From an uncultured Candidatus Binatia bacterium (GTDB taxonomy: Bacteria > Desulfobacterota > Binatia > UBA9968 > JAJDTQ01), in assembly GCA_965215605.1 (NCBI GenBank), contig OZ244070.1, positions 3,392,001 through 3,456,000 of the forward strand: a stretch of DNA of 64,000 bases, read 5' to 3'. This document shows, in pieces, positions 55,860 through 64,000 of the stretch. A program made the position numbers and the translations under genes. The notes under the pieces are model-generated. The model was not told the DNA's origin, did no database searches, and saw nothing but the letters and a program-made list of their open reading frames with translations. The number at the start of each line of letters is the position of its first letter. The stretch's first letter is position 1.

Positions 55860-57581
55860 TTGAATGACGCACCGAAGCGCTGGATCTTCAAGGAGGCCGA
55901 CGAAACCGCGGCCGCTCTCCTGTCCCGGGAGTTGAAGCTTCCGCTGCTGCTGGCCCGCATCCTGGCGCAACGCGGTCTCGCGGAGCCGGATGCGGCCCGC
56001 CGCTTCCTCTCCTCCAGCCTGAGCACGGACCTGCCTTCGCCCGACCTGCTGGCGGGCATGCACGACGCCGTGGATCGCATCTGCCGCGCCCTGCGGGACG
56101 GCGAACGGCTCTGTATCTGGGGCGACTACGACGTGGACGGCACCACCGGAGCTGCCGTGCTGGTGTCGTTTCTGCGCGAGATCGGCGGTGCGCCCATGTT
56201 CTACATCCCGCACCGGATCGAAGAGGGCTACGGCATGAGCCGGCAGGGCATCGAGCACCTCCATTCCCAGGACGTGGCGCTCATCATTACCGTGGACTGC
56301 GGCATCTCCAACGCCGACGAGGTGGCGTACGCCCGGACCCTGGGGATGGACGTGGTCATCGTCGACCACCACCAGTTGCCGGAACGGCTGCCCGACGCGG
56401 CGGCGGCCGTCATCAACCCCCAGCGGACCGACTGCGCCTTTCCCGACAAGGGCCTCTGCGCGGCCGGACTGGCGTTCTACCTCGTCATCGGGCTGCGAGC
56501 GAGTCTCCGGGAGTCGGGCTGGTTCGAGCCCGACGGCGTGCCCGACATCCGGCGTCACCTGGATATCGTGACGCTGGGCACCATCGCCGACATGGTGCCG
56601 CTGCGCGGCACCAACCGGGTGCTCACCCGCCGGGGCCTGGTGGAGCTGGAGAGCTCCACCAGGCCGGGCGTCGTCGCCTTGAGGGAGGTGGTTGGAGTAC
56701 GCGCCGGCGCGATGGACGCCGGCACCGTCGCCTTTCAGCTCGGGCCGCGGATCAACGCCGCCGGCCGCATGGACGCCGCGGTCAAGGTGGTGGAGATGCT
56801 GACCACGGACTCCGCGGAGACCGCGGAGGAGATCGCCCGGGAGCTGGACGGGCACAACCGGGAGCGCCGGGAGATCGAGGCCCAGGTGCTGGACGAGGCG
56901 CTGGCGCAGATCGAGAACAAGCGGCTCCAGGACCGTTGGTCCATCGTGGTGGGCAGCGGGGGATGGCATCCCGGCGTGCTCGGCATCGTCGCCTCGCGCA
57001 TCGTCGAGCGGTTTCACCGTCCCACCATCGTCATCGGCTTCGAGGACGGCGAGGGCAAGGGCTCGGGAAGGAGCATCCGCGGGTTCCACATGGTGCGGGC
57101 CATGCGGCGCTGCGCGGACTTGCTGGAGCGTTTCGGCGGCCACGAGTACGCCGCCGGCCTGAGCATCCGGGAAGACAACATCGGACCCTTTGCGGCGCGT
57201 TTCGAGGAGGCGGCGACGGAGCTTCTGAGCGCGGAAGACCTCCTGCCTTACCTCGACATCGACGCCGAGGTGGAGTTCCGGCAGTTGAGCCTCGGCCTGG
57301 TGCGGGAGATGCGGCAACTGGGCCCCTTCGGCGTGGGCAATCCCGAGCCGGTGTTCGAAACGCGCGGCGTCGAGGTATGCGAACGCCGGGACTTCAACAC
57401 GGTGTCGCGTTTCCGGCTGAAGCACAACGAGCATACGGTGACGGCGGTGGCTTTCGGTCCGCCCGACAAGCTCCCGGTGCGGCCCAGGGACAAGGTGGAC
57501 GTCGCCTACCGCCTGAAGGAAAACGAGTGGCAGGGCACCTACGCCATGGAACTCCGCCTGCTGGACGTCAGGCCGTTATAG
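55860..57581 (+). CDS. recJ: Single-stranded-DNA-specific exonuclease
   Basis: GDYDVDG, EGYG, TVDCG, DHH, GTIAD, PRINAAGR, GGH..AAG. Confidence 0.96.
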   Translation: MNDAPKRWIFKEADETAAALLSRELKLPLLLARILAQRGLAEPDAARRFLSSSLSTDLPSPDLLAGMHDAVDRICRALRDGERLCIWGDYDVDGTTGAAVLVSFLREIGGAPMFYIPHRIEEGYGMSRQGIEHLHSQDVALIITVDCGISNADEVAYARTLGMDVVIVDHHQLPERLPDAAAAVINPQRTDCAFPDKGLCAAGLAFYLVIGLRASLRESGWFEPDGVPDIRRHLDIVTLGTIADMVPLRGTNRVLTRRGLVELESSTRPGVVALREVVGVRAGAMDAGTVAFQLGPRINAAGRMDAAVKVVEMLTTDSAETAEEIARELDGHNRERREIEAQVLDEALAQIENKRLQDRWSIVVGSGGWHPGVLGIVASRIVERFHRPTIVIGFEDGEGKGSGRSIRGFHMVRAMRRCADLLERFGGHEYAAGLSIREDNIGPFAARFEEAATELLSAEDLLPYLDIDAEVEFRQLSLGLVREMRQLGPFGVGNPEPVFETRGVEVCERRDFNTVSRFRLKHNEHTVTAVAFGPPDKLPVRPRDKVDVAYRLKENEWQGTYAMELRLLDVRPL

Positions 57582-57614
57582 CGTTTCGGGTTTCCGGCCA
57601 AACCGCGCGAGCAT

Positions 57615-57643
57615 TTGACAATCGGGCGCTTCTCCATTACAAA
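57615..57643 (+). promoter_or_regulatory. Putative sigma70 promoter for rplU-rpmA
   Basis: TTGACA-17nt-TACAAA. Confidence 0.6.
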
Positions 57644-57654
57644 GTCATGCAACT

Positions 57655-57978
57655 ATGGGACGTTATGCAGTCATAAAGACGGGTGGGAAGCAGTACCGGG
57701 TGGCCGAGGGAGAGATGGTGGAAGTGGAGCGCCTGGGCGGTGAGGTCGGCGCCACCGTGACCCTGGACGAGGTGTTGCTGGTGAGCGGCGGCGATGACGA
57801 GCAGGCGACCATCGGCACTCCGGTGGTGGAACAGGCCCAGGTTACGGCGGAGATCGTCGAGCAGGGGCTTGCCAAGAAGATCATCGTCTTCAAGAAGAAG
57901 AGGCGGAAGGGCTACAAGCGGAAACAGGGCCACCGCCAGATGCAGACGACCCTGAGAATCACCGAAATCCAGGCTTGA
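57655..57978 (+). CDS. rplU: 50S ribosomal protein L21
   Basis: [21 protein letters not shown]. Confidence 0.97.
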   Translation: MGRYAVIKTGGKQYRVAEGEMVEVERLGGEVGATVTLDEVLLVSGGDDEQATIGTPVVEQAQVTAEIVEQGLAKKIIVFKKKRRKGYKRKQGHRQMQTTLRITEIQA

Positions 57979-57991
57979 GGCGGAACAACCG

Positions 57992-58246
57992 ATGGCGCAC
58001 AAGAAATCAGGCGGAAGCTCGCGAAACGGTCGCGACAGTCACGGACAGAGGCGCGGCGTCAAGCGCTACGGCGGAGAGCACGTCAAGGCGGGCAACATCC
58101 TGGTCCGTCAGTTGGGCACCAGGATCCATCCGGGCAAGAACGTCGGCATGGGTCGCGACTACACGCTGTTCGCCCTGGTGGAGGGCACGGTGGAGTACAA
58201 GCGCTGGGGCCGGTCGCGCAAACGGGTCGCCATCATACCATCCTGA
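57992..58246 (+). CDS. rpmA: 50S ribosomal protein L27
   Basis: [16 protein letters not shown]. Confidence 0.97.
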   Translation: MAHKKSGGSSRNGRDSHGQRRGVKRYGGEHVKAGNILVRQLGTRIHPGKNVGMGRDYTLFALVEGTVEYKRWGRSRKRVAIIPS

Positions 58247-58363
58247 GAGGCCGCCGCGTGCACGATCGCACGCGTGGAGGGTCTCCATCCTTGCGGCCCC
58301 GCCGCATTTCTTTCCTCGTATTACTTTCCTCGCCCTGTCGTATGCGGTGTTGCCGCACCGTGA

Positions 58364-60566
<2,203 letters not shown>

Positions 60567-60578
60567 TCGGGGGTTGTC

Positions 60579-61835
60579 ATGGCAGTAGCCGAGGAAGCGC
60601 TCGTCATCGGGCGGCGGGCCAGGGAAGCCGCCGGCGCCCTGGCCAATCTTTCCACCGACCTGAAGGACCGGACCCTCGCGGCCATGGCCGACGGCCTCGA
60701 GGCGCGCCAGGACTTCCTGCTCGCCGAGAACGCCAGGGACGTCGGCGCCGCGGGAGAGAAGGGGCTCTCCAAGGCGATGATCGACCGGCTGACACTGAAT
60801 CCCCAGCGGTTAGCGGCCATGGCCGCGGGTATCCGGGACATCGTCGCTCTGCCCGATCCCGTGCGGGAGGTCACCCGCAAGTGGCAACGGCCCAACGGCC
60901 TCGAGGTCGGTCGGATGCGGATACCCCTGGGGGTCATCACCATCATCTACGAGGCCCGGCCCAACGTCACCGCGGACGCCGCGTCGCTGTGCATCAAGTC
61001 GGGCAACGCCGTCATCCTCAAGGGCGGCAGCGAAGCGAAGTTCTCCAACCAGGCCGTCGGCGAGGTGCTGCGGCAGGCCTGCGTGCAGGCGGGGGCGCCG
61101 GAAGACGCGGTGCAGGTCGTGGCCTCCACCGACCGGGCGATGATCCATGAGCTGCTGAAGCTCGAGGAATACGTGGACCTGGTCATACCCCGGGGCGGCG
61201 AGGATCTCATCCGGTTCGTCGCGGCCAACTCCCGGGTGCCGGTGGTGAAGCACTACAAGGGGGTGTGCCACGTCTACGTGGACAGCGACGCCGACCTGGA
61301 CATGGCGGAGCGCATCTCCCTCAACGCCAAGGTCCAGCGCCCCTCGGTGTGCAACGCCATGGAGACCCTGCTGGTGCACGAGGCGGTGGCGCCGCGGTTC
61401 CTGCCCGAGGTCATCGGCAAGCTGAGAGAGAATGGCGTGGAAGTGCGAGGTTGCGAGAAGACCCGGGCGCTGGTGGACGGCGTGGTCCCGGCCGGTGAAG
61501 CGGACTGGCACGAGGAATACCTGGACCTGGTGCTGGCGGTGCGGGTGGTGGCGGACATGGACGAGGCCATCGAGCACATCCGGCGATACGGCTCCGACCA
61601 CACCGAGACCATCGTCACCGCGGACCGCGGTAAGGCCGAGGACTTCGTGGCGCGGGTCCAGTCGTCCGCGGTACTGGTCAACGCCTCGACGCGTTTCAAC
61701 GACGGCGGCGAACTCGGCCTCGGCGCGGAGATCGGCATCAGCACCAGCAAGATTCACGCCTTCGGCCCCATGGGGCTGGAAGAGCTTACCAGCACCAAGT
61801 TCTTCGTCTTCGGCGACGGCCAGGTCCGCACCTGA
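60579..61835 (+). CDS. proA: Gamma-glutamyl phosphate reductase
   Basis: [33 protein letters not shown]. Confidence 0.96.
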   Translation: MAVAEEALVIGRRAREAAGALANLSTDLKDRTLAAMADGLEARQDFLLAENARDVGAAGEKGLSKAMIDRLTLNPQRLAAMAAGIRDIVALPDPVREVTRKWQRPNGLEVGRMRIPLGVITIIYEARPNVTADAASLCIKSGNAVILKGGSEAKFSNQAVGEVLRQACVQAGAPEDAVQVVASTDRAMIHELLKLEEYVDLVIPRGGEDLIRFVAANSRVPVVKHYKGVCHVYVDSDADLDMAERISLNAKVQRPSVCNAMETLLVHEAVAPRFLPEVIGKLRENGVEVRGCEKTRALVDGVVPAGEADWHEEYLDLVLAVRVVADMDEAIEHIRRYGSDHTETIVTADRGKAEDFVARVQSSAVLVNASTRFNDGGELGLGAEIGISTSKIHAFGPMGLEELTSTKFFVFGDGQVRT

Positions 61836-61843
61836 ACCCTACC

Positions 61844-62500
61844 ATGCGACTCGGCCTGTTCGGCGGCACCTTCGACCCCATCCACTACGGCCACCTGAGG
61901 AGCGCCGAGGAGGTGCGGGCAGCTTGCGCCCTGGACGAGGTCCGCTTCGTGCCGTGCGGCGTGCCGCCGCACCGGAGCCACCAGCCGGGAGCAACGGCGC
62001 GTCACCGCCTGGAGATGGTGCGGCTGGCGGTGGCGGACAACCCGGGGCTCGGCGTCTCGGACGTGGAGGTCACCCGCCCCGGCGCCTCGTATTCCATCGA
62101 CACCGTGCGCCATTTCGCGGCCGAGCTTGGGCCGGGGGACGAACTGTACCTGATCCTGGGTCTAGACGCGTTCCTGCTTCTCGGCTCCTGGAAGGACTGG
62201 CGCGGGCTGCTGGCCCTTGCCCACGTCATCGTGACCTCCCGCCCGGGATTCGGCGACGCGTTGCCCTACGAGAAGCTCCCCGTTGTCGTGCGGGAGGCGT
62301 TTTGCTATGATCCGGTCCGGTCAGGCTTCCGCAACGAGTTCGGCAAGGAGATCCTGTTCAGGCGTTTGACCGACGTCTCCGTGTCCGCCTCGGCCATACG
62401 GGAGCTGCTCGGAAAGGGGAAATCGATCCGCCACCTGGTCCCTGCGGAAGTGCAGCGTTACGTGAAAGAACAACACCTCTACAACGAGCCGCCGGAGTGA
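61844..62500 (+). CDS. nadD: Nicotinate-nucleotide adenylyltransferase
   Basis: GGTFDPIHYGH, PPH, SYSIDT, SAS.IR. Confidence 0.95.
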   Translation: MRLGLFGGTFDPIHYGHLRSAEEVRAACALDEVRFVPCGVPPHRSHQPGATARHRLEMVRLAVADNPGLGVSDVEVTRPGASYSIDTVRHFAAELGPGDELYLILGLDAFLLLGSWKDWRGLLALAHVIVTSRPGFGDALPYEKLPVVVREAFCYDPVRSGFRNEFGKEILFRRLTDVSVSASAIRELLGKGKSIRHLVPAEVQRYVKEQHLYNEPPE

Positions 62501-62663
62501 TAGTGTCCTGTCCCGCAAGATCCTGCGATAATTTGCTTGTCTTTTTCGCCGTCGGCTGCGTTGCTCTTTCTCGCGTGGTAACCGCCACTGCTCGTCATCG
62601 CGCCTTGCCGACAACAAAAAATCCTGCGCAACTTGTCGCAGGATCTTGCGGGACAGGACACTA
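62501..62663. mobile_element. MITE-like element with 36-bp terminal inverted repeats
   Basis: TAGTGTCCTGTCCCGCAAGATCCTGCGA(T/C)AA(T/G)TTGC at both ends (first 28 bp perfect), no coding capacity, TA/TAG at both junctions. Confidence 0.75.
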
Positions 62664-63128
62664 GTGTCCGAGGCCCTCGAAGCCAGGGATAAGGCGCTGC
62701 TGCTCTGTGGCTTCGCGCTCGATAAGAAGGCCCAGGACCTCGCCCTTTTGGAGGTCGGCGGCCTGACCACCATCGCCGACTACTTCATCATCTGTTCCGG
62801 CCGCTCCGACCGGCACGTCCAGAGCATCGCGGAAGGACTCAAGGAAGACGGCCGCCCCCGGGGCGTGCGTCCGCTTGCCAGCGAGGGGATCGCCCGGGGC
62901 CAGTGGGTGCTCATGGACTTCTCCGACGTCCTCGTGCACATCTTCTACGAGCCCGTGCGGCGGTTCTACGACCTTGACGGACTCTGGGCCGGCGCCGTGG
63001 CGGTGGAACTGCCCGAACCCTACGCCACCCTCGCCGCGCAGTTCACCGGCGAAGGCATCGAGCAGGAAGCCTGGCCCCCCGCGGAGCGGGATGCTGGTTC
63101 CAGCGTCCTCGGAAAACGTCTGCGCTGA
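62664..63128 (+). CDS. rsfS: Ribosome silencing factor
   Basis: DKKA.D, ADYFIICSG.S.RHV, WVLMDF.DV.VHIF..R.FYDL..LW; GTG start assumed. Confidence 0.93.
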   Translation: MSEALEARDKALLLCGFALDKKAQDLALLEVGGLTTIADYFIICSGRSDRHVQSIAEGLKEDGRPRGVRPLASEGIARGQWVLMDFSDVLVHIFYEPVRRFYDLDGLWAGAVAVELPEPYATLAAQFTGEGIEQEAWPPAERDAGSSVLGKRLR

Positions 63129-63172
63129 AGCCGATGCGGCCGGACGGGCCGCGCGGGGAAGGTGTTGGGGAT

Positions 63173-63244
63173 TGATCCCAACGGGACTCGAACCCGTGTT
63201 TCTGGCGTGAGAGGCCAGCGTCCTAACCGCTAGACGATGGGACC
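63173..63244 (-). tRNA. tRNA-Glu(CTC)
   Basis: GGTCCCA/TGGGATC acceptor stem, CTGGC-CTCTCAC-GCCAG anticodon arm, GGTTCGAGTCC; CCA not encoded. Confidence 0.94.
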
Positions 63245-63245
63245 G

Positions 63246-63321
63246 TGGCTGAGGAGGTAGGACTCGAACCTACAATCGCCTGATCCAGAGTCAGGTGGCT
63301 TACCAATTAGCCGACTCCTCA
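63246..63321 (-). tRNA. tRNA-Gln(CTG)
   Basis: TGAGGAG/CTCCTCA acceptor stem, CCTGA-CTCTGGA-TCAGG anticodon arm, GGTTCGAGTCC, GCCA end. Confidence 0.95.
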
Positions 63322-63333
63322 GTGCGATTACCA

Positions 63334-63362
63334 AAGATAAATCAAACAGTCTTGGGCGTCAA
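63334..63362 (-). promoter_or_regulatory. Sigma70 promoter of the tRNA-Gln/Glu pair
   Basis: TTGACG-17nt-TATCTT, 12 nt upstream of tRNA-Gln. Confidence 0.65.
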
Positions 63363-63383
63363 GGCGGGAGTCGGTGATACCCC

Positions 63384-64000
63384 ATGGACCATCGCATGCT
63401 CGGGATCGCCTGCGTCGTCGGCGCGGTGACCATCTTCATCCTCCAGGATGCCACCGTCAAGTGGCTGAGTGGGACCTATCCGCTGCATGAGATCGTCCTG
63501 GTGCGGGCCGCCAGCGCGGTGGCGGTCACGTTGTTCGCCATGCGTCTCGAAGGCGGCTTCCGGCTATGGCGCACCCGCCGCGTCCCTCTCATTCTGGCCC
63601 GTTCCACCCTGCTGGTCATCGTCAACAGCACGTTTTTCCTCGGTCTCGCCTCCATGAGCATCGCCGAGGCCACGTCGATCTTCTTCATCTCGCCGGTGCT
63701 GATCACCGCGCTGACGGCGCTCGTGCTGCGGGAGACGGTGGGCCTCCGCCGCTGGGCCGCGGTGTGCGTGGGCCTCGCGGGCGTCATCGTGATGCTTCGT
63801 CCCGATGACGGCGCCGTGCGGCTGGTGGCGCTGTTCCCCCTGGCCGCTGCCTGCTGCTACGCGTGCATGCAGATCATGACCCGCCGCCTCGGGACCACCG
63901 AGCGCGCCTCCACCATCTCCTTCTATTCCCAGATGGGCTTCATCGCCGCGAGCGTCACCATGGGGCTCGTGGCGGGAGACGGGCGGTTCTCCCCCAACGA
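63384..64000 (+). CDS. DMT/EamA family transporter (runs off the window end)
   Basis: MDHRMLGIACVVGAVTIFILQDATVKWLS..YPLHEIV..R; EATSIFFISP, ETVGLRRW, LRP motifs. Confidence 0.85.
   Translation, partial: MDHRMLGIACVVGAVTIFILQDATVKWLSGTYPLHEIVLVRAASAVAVTLFAMRLEGGFRLWRTRRVPLILARSTLLVIVNSTFFLGLASMSIAEATSIFFISPVLITALTALVLRETVGLRRWAAVCVGLAGVIVMLRPDDGAVRLVALFPLAAACCYACMQIMTRRLGTTERASTISFYSQMGFIAASVTMGLVAGDGRFSPN

Overview
High-GC bacterial chromosome segment. The ribosomal, sec, que and pro genes look deltaproteobacteria-like, but this is an impression only. The left ~41 kb is accessory metabolism: a hydantoinase/oxoprolinase catabolic cluster interrupted by a secreted tandem-Cache protein; a cobamide uptake/salvage island (btuB and tonB each behind a cobalamin riboswitch, btuFCD, cobT-cobS-cobC-cobD-cbiB, cobU-cobQ); a three-gene cobalt-type nitrile/thiocyanate hydratase followed by an M24-fold enzyme; lipA, a nucleoside transporter and hydrolases; and a two-gene selenoprotein reductase (GrdB-like with in-frame UGA plus SECIS-like hairpin, and a GrdE-like partner lacking the usual cleavage cysteine) with no grdA/C/D nearby. 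The right ~23 kb is core genome (tRNA-Leu, two moeA, DHS-like gene, mlaA, coaBC, UDG, nfeD/slipin, queA-tgt-yajC-secDF-recJ, rplU-rpmA-obgE-proBA-nadD-rsfS, tRNA-Glu/Gln). Features the ORF track misses or misrepresents include the Sec read-through, three internally collapsed gene remnants (HigB-like toxin, MetE-like methionine synthase, ABC permease), a tonB with no in-frame ATG, a MITE between nadD and rsfS, and several REP-like palindromes. All family assignments come from recognising motifs by eye; no searches were run.
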